Positions 25,577 through 37,610 of a stretch of DNA of 64,000 nt are shown here, in pieces. The DNA lies in contig NW_024704743.1 in the NCBI RefSeq assembly GCF_018977255.1, positions 38,256,001-38,320,000 on the forward strand, written 5' to 3'. A program made the translations under genes and the position numbers. The notes below the pieces were generated by a model that saw only the letters and a list, made by a program, of their open reading frames with translations, was not told where the DNA came from and did no database searches. The DNA is from Callorhinchus milii. Its lineage: Eukaryota. Within the stretch, counting starts at the first letter, position 1, and each line of letters starts with the position of its first letter.

Positions 25577-26954
25577 AGAACAGTGGACGTTCTTTTGGTT
25601 AGAGAGGTTTGCGTTGCTGTGCATAATAATTGTAAAATGATTTTCAGCTGATTACCAGAATGTTCCATGTCCAATATGTGTCATTAAAAATTGCAGGTAA
25701 ATAATTAACCCTAACCCTAACCCCTCCTATGAATTATAAACTGAATTATCCAGATTTCTAGAATCCAATATTTCTAGAATATCCCGACTTTTATACCTTT
25801 ACACCGAACTTCATGTGTACATTGTAGAATAATTTACCTGTTGGATCTGTCCTGAAATTGCAGATTAATTGTGGACATCTAGCACAAAACATCCAAGCTG
25901 TTCTCTGCATTGCTTGGTGCTTTGTCTAGGAATCTTCAATCAAAGTCACACAATGAAGAGTTGTATTTGTATTTTTAAAGGAAAAACTGAATATAATGGA
26001 AATCTGAAATAAAACAGAAAATGCTAGAAATGGATAACAGGCCAATCGTCACCTGAAAGAGAAAAATAGGGTGCGGTGGGGAGACTATCTTGTAGATAGA
26101 CTTATAATTACCTTGTAAAACCAGACATGCTCCAGTCGTTTCCTCGTGGAGACAGTGGATTAGCCACACTAAGATAACGTCACATTTTGATACACTTTGT
26201 ACTCTGTGGGATGAAAATACATCCTCTTAGATCTCTATACACATAAACTAACCTTTTATTAAAATTCCTGGTGCTTTTTCCCCCTCGGGCAATATGAGAA
26301 GCACATGAACTGCACGCTTCTCTCGATTGTGATACAAAGGGTCAGTTATACTGATATATAAATGTGAAAATATAATTGCAGTCATGTGTGTCAAATCAAG
26401 ATTCTAGAGACTGATGTTCATAATCTTCACAAAACAATTTTATACCTTTAGTATGATGTTTATAGATCATTCCCTGAACATTCCTACACTCTTTGTATTG
26501 TTATCTTTTTTATCTCTCTCTACATTTTCAGCAATGGAATGTATGGGTACCCATACAGTGTAGATAATTTAGTTATAGCTTTTTATTTCTCTGGGAATAA
26601 ACAGTCTCTCATTGCAACTGTGAAGCTATGACCATAATACAGTTGTTTGTTTTTTGGAAGGTTCTGGAATAAATTCCTGCTGAATTTATTATCTCATTAA
26701 GATGAGGATACCAGTGTTGGGAGTACAATACAAAATTACATTTGTATAGCACCTTTCACATTGGGAGGACATACCAAGGCGCTGGGAATAGTAAATGTTG
26801 AATCCCTTTGACACCCATTGTGCTTGTGAAGTTCTTCCAACTTGGGTGTAGCACAAGTTAGATGCACAGTAAAACATCTTACCATACTTATCCAGCAGAA
26901 AAGCGTAACCTTGTCCTCACAAGAGTTATAATACAAAAGCATATGTGCCATCCA

Positions 26955-27705
26955 GGGTATTAAAAGATGAAGGGGAGGAAATTGCAGATGCGTTAGTCAT
27001 AATTTTCCAAACCTCTCTATATTCAGTAATATAGAGAGAATTGAATTCTCCAATCCCTTAGAGAATTGCAAATGTTGCTCCAATATTTAAGAAAGGAGGG
27101 AGAGAGAAACCAGGTAACTACAGACCTATTTACTTCAGTTGTGAGGAAATTACTGGAATCTCTCATCGGGGACAGAGTGACTGAGCTAATCAAAGAGAGT
27201 CAGCATGGATTTGTGAAGGGTAGGTTAGGTCTGACAAATATAATTGAATTTTTTGAGGAGGTCACTAACATGCTGGATAAGAGAGTGTCTATGGATGTCG
27301 TCTACATGGACTCACAGAAGGCATTTGTTGAGGTTCTGCACAAGGGGTTATTAGCAAAAATCAAAGCACATGGAATCGGAGGTAACCTTGCAACGTAGCT
27401 TGGTTGGGAGGCAGGAAACAGAGTAGGGATAAAGGGAACGTTCTCTGATTGACGGGATGTGACAAGCGGTGTTCCACTGGGTTCTGTACTGGGGCATCAG
27501 CTTTTCACCATATATATAAATGACTGGGATTAAGGAATAGAGAGTTTTGTATCCAAATTTGCAGATGACATCAAGTTAGGAGGTACAGTACATTGAGTAG
27601 ATGGGAGCAGGAAGTTACAAAGGGACTTAGATAGATTAAGTGAGTGGGCAAAACTGTGGCAGATGGAATTCAATGTGAGGAAGTGTGAGGTCATCCACAT
27701 GGATC
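26955..27705 (+). mobile_element. CR1 RT fragment
   Basis: ESQHGFVKGR..LTNIIEFFEEVT, DVVYMDSQKAF, GVPLGSVLG, SKFADDIKLGG, WQMEFNVRKCEVIH. Confidence 0.92.
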
Positions 27706-27864
27706 TAAAAATATCAAAACAGAATATTGCTTTGGCTGAACCTATCACTGATTTATTTATCATAGATTCATTTCTTAGGTTCTCTTCACTTCAGCTATGG
27801 AGAAATAAAAAGAAAAGACAATCCAATCTTTATTTTTCCTTCATTGGTAATGAAGAAGTCTTCA

Positions 27865-27992
27865 TTGGTTTCACCCACAAAATATATAGTCAGTTCACTT
27901 TACAGTCCAATCTGTATACTATATACTTTACAGTATATCAAGATGTCTTGAAGACATGATAAGGCTCTATATCAAATGCAAGGATTATTATA
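27865..27992 (+). mobile_element. Young SINE, 3' fragment
   Basis: cccacaaaatatatagtcagttcactttacag...gataaggctctatatcaaatgcaaggattatta. Confidence 0.75.
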
Positions 27993-28189
27993 ATGTGCAA
28001 TGGTTGCTTAAAAGATGGTATTTGAGTTAAAAAAACTGACCTTATCATAACACCTCATTACATTGAAATTTCTTAAATATAATTATTCTCAAGTGTAGTG
28101 ACTGCATTTAGAGGCATTCATGTCAGCCAGCAAGTTACATGAGATGTATTACCAATTTGGAGGATTCTAGACAGTACACTAAGACAAAC

Positions 28190-28370
28190 TTCCTTCTTCT
28201 TTTTCCATAATATCATGGTGTCTTTAACTACCGTTTGAATCGATAAATGATTTTAATTTCATGTCTCATCTGAAAGAAGGCACTTCCAGAAATGTCAGCC
28301 TAGACTATGAGCCTCTCTGTCTCAATATGGGGCTTAAACCCACAACCCAGAGGTACGAGTGCTGTCAACC
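28190..28370 (-). mobile_element. Degraded DeuSINE fragment
   Basis: gtctcatctgaaagaaggcacttcc...aatgtcagcctagactatg is the reverse complement of Deu motifs. Confidence 0.55.
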
Positions 28371-29033
28371 CTTGTATTGACGCACAAATCACATTAAAAT
28401 GCTAATAGATTGCTTAATCCTGATGAGGTGTTGAAAGATTTTTGTAGCTTTGGTAATCTTAGACATGCTTTCCAAGTATGACTTTCAGAATATTAAAACA
28501 AAGCTACAGCTATTAAAGATAAAAATGAACGCATGTTCATCAGCATGTCTTTTTCATAAACCACACCTTTTCTAGATGAAACTTGTTGATGCGGTTTTAT
28601 TTAAGGGGGCTGACGAAGAGCTGACAACAACAACAGATTACATAAGTATTGTCGATGTCTAATGGCAGGAGGTGGGCACTGCCAGATCAAAGCTTACAGT
28701 GCAGACTCTTAGCTGAGGGGAGGTAAAATTCTGCTGTGTTTTTCACAGGCTTCTGTGGTGATTGGGTGAGCTACTGAGAGCCATCATCAGCTACTGTGCT
28801 TGTCTGAGTGGAAGTGCCCTCATCTCGACATTGCATAAATACAGAGGCGCTCACTTATGTTAATATCTCACCTTCGGTATGAAGGGAATTGAAATGAGTG
28901 CCCGCTCTCATGTTCAGAATCCTCTACCATTTATATAGTTCGTTCTCATTGCAAAAATATTGTACCAGTGTGGGTGCAAATTTATTATTTAAGCAACCTT
29001 GGACTTTCAGTAAATTATAGAAGAAGAAAAAAA

Positions 29034-29129
29034 ATGAAGGGCTTAAACAATTCAAGTGGAAGTGCAAGTAAAAGTATGGGATCTGTGGCTCATCTTCTTA
29101 GCTCATTAGCTGTGCCTCATCAGCAGTGG
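29034..29129 (+). CDS. Candidate alternative first coding exon of TRIO (phase 0, would join the SH3 exon)
   Basis: aaaATG start, 32 open codons MKGLNNSSGSASKSMGSVAHLLSSLAVPHQQW, consensus donor TGG|gtaagt; TATATA at 28932. Confidence 0.45.
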
Positions 29130-30825
29130 GTAAGTTCCTTGTTACCATATAGTTGATATTTGCAGTCTGGACAATATTATCTTTCTGTAAAAAAAATGTA
29201 TAAATTTGCTACTCCGCTCTTGTTTGGAACAGTGTTGAGCATCATTAACGGCTCAGCATGTTAGCTATTCAACAAAATTGTTCAAATAATTCTACAACAA
29301 TTATATAGATTCTGGAATTGCAAATACTGTAATTTTTTAAAAAAAGGTAGTGTATTGACTCGTAAACAATCAACACATTTAAAGTATAAGCAGTATTGAT
29401 TTTCTTTTCTCCAAGATAAGATTAATCTTAATGTTTGGAACAATGATATTAGTATTGTGTACATGTACTCAAAGGGCTAGTTAGGTAGATACTGAATTGC
29501 TTTAAGGAAACATTAGTGCTCCATATTTATGTCCTCATCATGCAGTGAAAGTTAAATGAACACACAGTACTGATTCATAGCAATATATTGAGAAATTGGC
29601 CAGTTATTAGCATGATCTGTGTATTGCAATACATTTTAAACACATTTCTTTTCTAATCATTGTTCAGTAGAATGTGCGTTAATCTTGTCTGCTTCTGTCA
29701 GTCACTCCTGTTGTTTTCATATTTGTTTCACTCCTAGCCTAGGTGCATACACTGCTGAAAATAGTGCAAGGAATTAGCCTCTGATTATATGGTAGAATTA
29801 ATTTCCAGTGAACTCTATTATATCGAAGCAATACAACTACTTTGTAATTGAATAGGAATTGTTTAATCCCATTACAGATGTTGTAATAAATTACACTTTG
29901 AGTTGGTGAATACGATTTACACAGATTGTGTAGCCACACAAGTCTCGACCCAGTCCTTAAACCCCCCCAAACTTTTGATAATAGTTTATGGATTAATGCA
30001 CTTTTATAATTTGAAGAATGCATATATTGGGGAGAGTGACTTTATGCAATAAAGTTAGCCTCCCATTAGAGAAGATCAGAGCTTTGTTTTTCAGCTAAGT
30101 GGAATATGCCTCACAGGTAGAAATTGTGTCACTTCTGTAGGACCAAATTTCTATCTTTGCACGGATCAATTCTCTACAGGACATGACAATAGAGAGATTT
30201 GGTTACATTGGTTGAATAAAAACCAATAGCACAGCGCCAGTAAAGACAGAAAACAGTCTTGTGTATAAGCTATAAAGAGATTGCACATTAAATATAACAT
30301 CTTTATTGATCTTACACTCTTTTAAACAGGACCTTTTAACATGAACTGTAGCTCTATTTATTTAACGTTGAAGTATGCCAAAAATCAAGAAGAAATTGTT
30401 GGAAGCCTTTGATTTAATATAATATATTCTCCATTGAAACAGCTGCAGAAAGAAACAAGCCAATAAAACAATTTCTAACATTGGGTTTTCCACTTTGGGA
30501 ATAGATTTGAAACCAAGTCTTTAAGGATGACACACAATGACTGATGGGTCCAGTGGAGTTATAAATTGTACGTGCAAAGGTCATCTGCTTGAATCTTTTT
30601 TGTTATGTGATTAATTTTGCCTGTGGCGTAAAATGTCCACTTGCAACCTTTATTAATATTGCATGAGTTGTACTCCAGTACTCCGTTGGATTCGTGGATC
30701 AGATTCTAAAAAGCAGTGGAATGATTTGGGGAATGGGATTGAAAAAAGCAGGATCCATGTAGATTATCATCTCTCTGTAAATGACAGTACAGTCAATATT
30801 TCTTAGATTACTGTCGAACATTTGT

Positions 30826-31230
30826 GATCCTCATCCTCACCTACAAGGTCATTCACGGCCTTGCTCCCTCCTACCTCTCCGACCTACTGTCCCCCTACTT
30901 ACCTGCCCGTACCCTCCGTTCCTCTGGCTCCGGTCTGCTCCACATCCCCCACCCCAACCACCCTACCATCGGCGGCCGGGCCTTCAGCCTCTCAGCCCCG
31001 AGGCTCTGGAACTCTATCCCCCAGTGCCAAGACGTTTCTTGAGGTCTCAAGACCTTTCTCTTTGACCGTGCCTTCAGCTCCCCTCTCGACTCTCTACCCC
31101 CTCCTCGCTCCCTCCCTTCCATCCCCTCACCCTGACCGTTTCCCCCCTGCTCGGGTCCTGACCCAACTGTCCAGCGCCTTGGGACGTCCTCCCGACGTGA
31201 AAGGCGCTCTATAAATGAAATCTTGTTGTG
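30826..31230 (+). mobile_element. L2 3' fragment (young)
   Basis: ILILTYKVIHGLAPSYLSDLL...GGRAFSLSAPRLWNSIP; tail. Confidence 0.88.
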
Positions 31231-31744
31231 TTTCTACTCAGCAAAAGAAATGAAGATTCTGACCTTTTTGATACATGGTTTTAATTGTTTCCATTGAGTA
31301 AACAACAGCTTTTATTGCATTTATATAACTCCCTTCATGCGGGTAGGGTCCCAGAGTGTTTAAACACTTAGTTACTAATTATTTAATAATAAATACTTTT
31401 ACTGTGGTCAAACATGGTATTCATAACAAGCCAGAAAACAGCAATTCCTGGATGTGTGTAATGCTAACCCACAGGAAGTACACTCCAGTGTAATCTACTT
31501 CCTGCTGAATGCATCAGTGCATCAATAATCCTTACATTTGGTTTAGCCCCTTTCACATCGGGAGGATGTTTTAAAGCAATTCCATTGTCCGTTTGCCTTT
31601 AAATCCCACCTTAAAACCTGCCTCTTCGATCACATTTACGGTGACTCCCTTTTCTCCTGCTCGGCATCTCAGCCCATCTTTGTAAAGTACTTGAGATGTA
31701 GGGCGCTGTATAAATGGTGGTGGTGTTGATGACTGTCACAGCTG

Positions 31745-31915
31745 GTGTACCCACTGCACTTTCCAGCAGGAGTCACTGGCAAGCAATTAGGCATGGGGAC
31801 CGCTGGCTGATTTATTCTCTGCAGTTAGATCAACTGTGGCACTCCTGCTGCTATCCCAGCTGAGATCAGCACAGGTCAGGAATCAGACTTGCAACCATCT
31901 GGTTCATGTATAGCT
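31745..31915 (-). mobile_element. Ancient tRNA-derived SINE relic (possibly UCON3-like)
   Basis: ttccagcaggagtcactgg...ggctgattt...agctgagatcagc. Confidence 0.55.
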
Positions 31916-32455
31916 TTGTGTCATTAGAACATGATCTTAGTAATACTGTCTACAGTTGAAAATACTGTCTGACGTTTCACAGAAGAAAACACTTAGAGGA
32001 AATACTTAATTTCAAATGAATGTATTTGAGTAACACATAAAAGCATTGATGACTTCTATATTTTATCTGTCTGCCTCACTGATATAATGCAATACTTTGG
32101 GAATCTTTCCTGCTTTTTGTCTTTAATGGAAAAACTAAATCTCACTGACCTTTTTTAAAAAAAACTATTCACTCGGCCTGTATTTGTGTTCAGTTTCAAT
32201 TCAGCTAATGTCCTAATTTAGCTAATGTCCTAACTGCACAATTAACATCAACAGAATGGTGAGCATAATCTAAAAGTTAAGTTCAGCCATCAATTTGATT
32301 CCAATCCATGCCGCAAAACCACCTCAGGAGATAGTTCCAGGAATTGAAGCTTACGGAGTGCAAATGGGGTTTAAAAGATCCACATTAATTTTACAGGTTC
32401 CAGATATTTCTGTGATGCAATTTTATCCTTTTATCAATACATATAAATTACTTTG

Positions 32456-32491
32456 ACATTCTTACATCATCGACAGATGATGTAAGAATGT
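32456..32491. repeat. Perfect 16-bp inverted repeat with 4-nt loop
   Basis: ACATTCTTACATCATC-gaca-GATGATGTAAGAATGT. Confidence 0.95.
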
Positions 32492-33196
32492 ATTATGCAG
32501 GTATCAAATGAGGACATTTTTCCTTAACATTCAAACTGTTTGAAGGAATAAGGAATCAGCCTGAAGCTAAGTGTATGAGTGGATCATAGGAATATTTCAA
32601 AATATTTCATAAGTCCAATTTTCCTCTGCAGAATGAGAGTGTAAATTAGTTACAGGACTACAAATGCACAAAGTAGTTGCTATAAATTATAATTATGCTG
32701 GTTCCAGGAAAAGTGAGGCACATCATTTCTGCCAAAAGCAATTCAGTAAAAGATAGACGTACGTGGTGGTGTTCTACTGTCAATTATTAATATGAACCAT
32801 TTGGATTACTAAAATTTCAGTGGGGAAGATAGCACCAGCACAGGCACCATGGGCTGTATGGCCTCCTGTGCCATAAACATTCTATAATTTTATATTGTAT
32901 GGTTGATCCATTTTCACATTTTAAGTGCCATTTTGCAACTGAAATCAGCTTATGAAATTGTAAAAGATATATCTTAAATAAATCCTACCTTCAAAGAATT
33001 GTTTCCTCCCCGGGTTTGGCATTTTCTTTAGTTTCCAACCTGTACACTATTGTTGAAGAAACTGATGTTGTATCCTCTAAATCAGCAATAATACAATTGT
33101 GACTAAAACTAAGTCAACCACTATAATACTAACGGAGTAGCATTAATGTATAAATAAAACATTTATAAATATGTATTACATTTATATATATTATAT

Positions 33197-33339
33197 GGGA
33201 CATTGCTGTGCGCAATTGACTGCCGCGTTCGCCCACAAATATACAGTCAATTCACTTTACAATATATTCTGTGAAGCTTTGGTATGTCTAGAAGACGTGA
33301 AAAGCGTTATGTCAAATGCAAGGATTATTATTATTATTA
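33197..33339 (+). mobile_element. Young SINE, 3' half
   Basis: gggacattgctgtgcgcaattgactgccgcg...aaatgcaaggattattattatt. Confidence 0.85.
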
Positions 33340-33604
33340 CCTAAGCTCTTTTTCTTTATACTCTATACTTTACCTTCCCTAATTTATTTATTCACAATTT
33401 AACCTTTGCTTTATGTTCCTTACTTTCTTCGTTTTGTTCTTTTCTTTTGTGTTGTTCCTTCTCTATTTTAATCTGTGCCTCAAATATTCTCACAATTCCA
33501 ACAAAAATTCCTAAAATAGCTATCCTTTCATCCATGTCAGAGATTAAAAGTATAAGTGTGTACTAACAATGTCATTAGAGTGACAGCACTCTTGGGCCAG
33601 TCCG

Positions 33605-33798
33605 AACAACAACAAGAAGATGATTAGATTTGTATAGCGCCTTTCACGTCGGGAGGACGCCCCAAGGCGCTGGACAGTGTACAGCATTTCAGACCTGAGC
33701 TGGGGTCAGGGGGGGAGAAGGGAGGGGAGGGGAAGGGGGTGACCGATAGCATGATCGAAGAGGAGGTTTTGAGGCGGGACTTGAATGAGGCCAAGGCT
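33605..33798 (-). mobile_element. L2 3' fragment ending at an assembly N
   Basis: Reverse tail; ends at the N at 33799. Confidence 0.8.
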
Positions 33799-34087
33799 NA
33801 AAAAAAATACAAGCACAAAGCACCTAAAGTGAAACTTGCTGGTTAAAATTAACAATAATCAGAGCTTGGCTCTGGGATTAGTCTTCCGTTACCTTTAAAA
33901 TAAATTTATGTAATACCCACATCAGTACTTCATTATTAGGGAAAAGTGCTGCCGATAAGTAGTAGAAGGAAGCAGTTCTTAACAGGTTCACTTTCCTCGG
34001 TGTTGTATTGCTGATGGAACAGCTTTCAATTGAAAGTAAGCAACTCAGTGAAAAACAATTATCTAAATTAAAATTGTATTGTTAGTT

Positions 34088-34428
34088 GAGTCTTGCAGCG
34101 TAGTGGTCAAATGAGAGGACCTGGTTTGATTCCCGACAGGGCAAAATGCTGGGCAAGTTTCCTTACTCCACACGCCTCTGTTTAACTAGCAATAAGTTGG
34201 AACCAGTTGTTAGTTGATCACTTTTCCGGGCATAATAATCCCTTCAAAAACTAATAGTAGTAATTTGTCACTCAATCCCAACTGTTTGTGGGACACTACT
34301 GTGTACAATTGGCTGCCTCTTTCGCCCACAAAATATACAGTCAATTCACTTTACAGTATATTCTGTGAAGCACTTTGAGACATCTTGAAGATGTGATAAG
34401 GCGTATCAAATGCAAGGATTATTATTAT
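34088..34428 (+). mobile_element. Young SINE, near full length
   Basis: gagtcttgcagcgtagtggtc head to (ATT)n tail. Confidence 0.88.
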
Positions 34429-36122
34429 CTGATTAAACTGTGTTTGTTGCACTCTGAGATTTTAATTGATGGAAGATTGCTTTACATTTAAACAGTTTAT
34501 GGCTTAAAATATTAAATGGAAATTCAAGATAAATTTGATGAATCTTTCAGCAACTTATATAAGGGCTCCCTTCACAGACTGAAAGCATCAGTTATTGCAA
34601 ACTGCCTTTGGTCACTCCATATATATTAGCGAGACAAGAACGCTCTTGTTGGTGAACAGTCAGCAGATGTCAATTACATGAAACTGCATAGAAATTAGCT
34701 TCAAGAGTCTGAAATATTACACACTTGAGCTATGTATGTCTTAAGTGGTATAATTTGTCATAATAGCATTTCTGCATTACCCAACGCTAAAACACTGCAT
34801 GTTTATTAATGAGTCATTTGAGAGCTTTGTGGGTTTGGTTGGATTAATTTAAATAAATGCAGCCTTCTAATTAGTGGACAGTAATTCTAAAAACATTTAA
34901 TAAATTTGCAGAGAGATGAGCACAATATATAATGAACAATTAAAAATAGTACTGTGGGGCAACAAAAAATCTCCTGATTTTGCAAGGCTTTGTAAAGTTG
35001 TTAGAGCTAGAGAAAAAATTACTGTAGAATCAGTTTCAATAATGCACGTTGCTAACATTATCAGTTGAAATAAAATGTAGCACATTTTAAAAAAAATGTT
35101 TTTTCCATTCTTAATAAGAATGGAATTATTCTGGAATTATATAATTATATTTGAATCTTTTTGTCTGAAATATAATTTAATTCATTTATTTTGTAATTTC
35201 ATAGCAGATTCCTATCAGTTTTGCTCAAGCTGATTTTTTTTATCATCAATTTTGATAGTGGCCACATTGTTAATATTTATTATAAGCTTAAAAATAAGTT
35301 TTAAGGAGCATTAAACCTTTACCAGAAAACAGCTGGTAAATAATGTTGTATCATTTAGTGCTAGGAAAGAGCTTAATATAGCCTAATAATATAACCTTAT
35401 AAGAGTGTAATATAATATAAATGTTTTCACAATAAATGGATATTTACTTTGACCTAGGATTTAGAAATATTGAAATATTTGGAGGCTTGGTATGAAAGTG
35501 AAATGGAACAATTCTCTTTATTTCCAAATTTTTAAAATATTATTTGGGAAAGAAAATGCTTTCTTCCAATCCCCTTTTTATAATATGCAAAGCTTGCATG
35601 GCTGATCATTGCTGATATTCATCACTGTTGTTTGGAAAAGACAGCGTGTTCAGGGATAGATAGCATGGTTGCCAGAAGACAGAACAACATTCAGTGGAAC
35701 CTGAGGAAATATCCGGTACTTTATTGTGTGCATAATGTTATGATTATTCTTTTCTTTGTAATTTGATTTATGAACCATTCAATTTAAATGACAAGTTGAT
35801 AAAAAAATATAAAATACTATGGCGTGTAGTACTACATGAATAATAATCCTTATGTTGAGAACCGTAAACAAAATTGAAAACTCTGGGTTTTTTACTCTTG
35901 TAACCAAGTCTTCCGTTGCTGAAGCCAAGTCCATAAAATCTTTTAAAAGGGAATTAAATAGATGCACGCTGAGGAGGAATATTAAAGGAATTATATTAGA
36001 TGGTTTATGTGGATAAAAATATAATTGCAGGCTTGATGGTAAAGTCTTGTTTCTGTACTGCAATAGAGAGGCTATCCTGTTTGCTGAAGCTATTCAGTTT
36101 GTATTCTGTAGTATTGTCACAA

Positions 36123-36695
36123 GCAACAACAACAAATTGTATTTATATAGCGCCTTACATTTCAAGAGGACTTCCCAAGGTGCTAGACCGTCGAGGGTCT
36201 GCACACGAATTAGAGGTTGAAATCAAGAAGGGAAATCAAGATGGGAAGATAACCAAAGGCACGGTCGAAAAGGAAGGTATTGAGATGGCCCTTGAAGGAG
36301 GCAAGGGAGGGGGCGAGGTCAGAGTGTCTCTGGTATAGAGATCCAAAGGGTGGCGGCAGAATGGCTGTTAGCCCGAGTGCGGATGGTGGAGCGGGCAGGG
36401 CAGGGGTCCTGGAGCAAGCCAGTGCCCGCTGAGTGGAGGGAGCAGGCAGATTGATAAAGCTTTAGTGGATCACAAAGGTAATGAGGCGCAAGACATTGGT
36501 GGGCGTTAAAGGTGAGGAAGAGGATTTTGAACTCGACCCTTTGGGGGATGGGAGCCAGGGAAGCCAGCCGAGGATGAGGTGATCAGGTCACAGAACTTAG
36601 TGCAGGAGAGGACACGAGCTGCAGAGTTCTAAATAATCTGCATTTTAGGAAGGGAAGAGTTGGAAGTCCGGTAAGCAGGGAATTAGCATAGTCAA
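36123..36695 (-). mobile_element. L2 3' fragment
   Basis: Reverse tail caacaacaacaaattgtatttatatagcgcc and body to gcagagttctaaat. Confidence 0.85.
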
Positions 36696-37439
36696 GTTTT
36701 CTCAAATCTCACAGGATAACTCCAAATTTTTGGAAATTCCTAACCCTGCATTATTTCCCTTTTTTTCCTCGATTGCCCTTGTATTGTAACTTTATAGTTT
36801 CTAAACTTTTCTATAAAAATGCAAACACTGGGATTTTAGCCCTTTGATTCAGGTATTTTAAAGGAAGGATGGGTTGTTTTTAATTTTACTGACTTCATTT
36901 TGAGGAATTTTGCAGCTTCCAGTATAAAATGTCCGTTTTAGCATTTTCTATTTTTCAGAAGAAAGTCTTTTTACCAAGAAATGTGTTAAGTGTTGAATCC
37001 CTTAACACCCTTTCAAATTTGCATGATTTATTTTGTTTATTGTTTCTGTTTGTAGAAGGCAAGTGGCTAAACCATTATAAATGATTTTCTCCATTTCATG
37101 CTGTGATAAGGAGAGAGGGGCACATACAGATGTTGTTGGTTATAAATTATGAATTAAAATTCGTGGAAGTTGAACTGCTTGGCTGCACCATATAACTTAA
37201 GGAAGAAAAATCATTTTAATATTCATCCTTCATAGACAGTGATATGCACAAGTGCTTTCACTAAATGATGCAAAGCATACCTGGAATGAGAGACTGATTT
37301 TATTACAAAAAAGTAATGCCTCCTCTTGCCCCCCCCCCCCCCTTGAACTTACAATGCAAAATAAACTGAGTTTTTTTTGTTAAATTGTCTGTACATGTTG
37401 ACGCCATTTAATGGTTTTTCATGATTTTCATCAATCTTT

Positions 37440-37610
37440 GGACCAGATGGAGGCCATTTAGCCTGTTTTGCATTTTTTTAGATAATGGCTAATCTTTCTA
37501 CATATCTCTTAATACCCTTGCTTACAAAGTAACTATCAATCTTGCTTTTAAATATCTTACTTGATTCTGTCTCAGAGGCCTTTTGGAGACAGTCCATTCT
37601 ACACTTGGTC
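37440..37610 (-). mobile_element. Degraded CR1 3' fragment
   Basis: ggaggccatttagcc...aactatcaatcttgctttta reverse CR1 tail. Confidence 0.55.

Noticed and set aside
25706..25724. (TAACCC)3 telomere-like repeat
   Set aside because: Only three units; too short to call an interstitial telomere.
28749..28769. Acceptor tttcacag followed by ASVVIG-stop
   Set aside because: Plausible acceptor but no other support; use with the nearby donor gives a frameshifting 17-nt exon.
33799..33808. Abrupt L2 end followed by an A-run (similar at 60733)
   Set aside because: Both coincide with an N base and probably mark assembly joins, not biological junctions.
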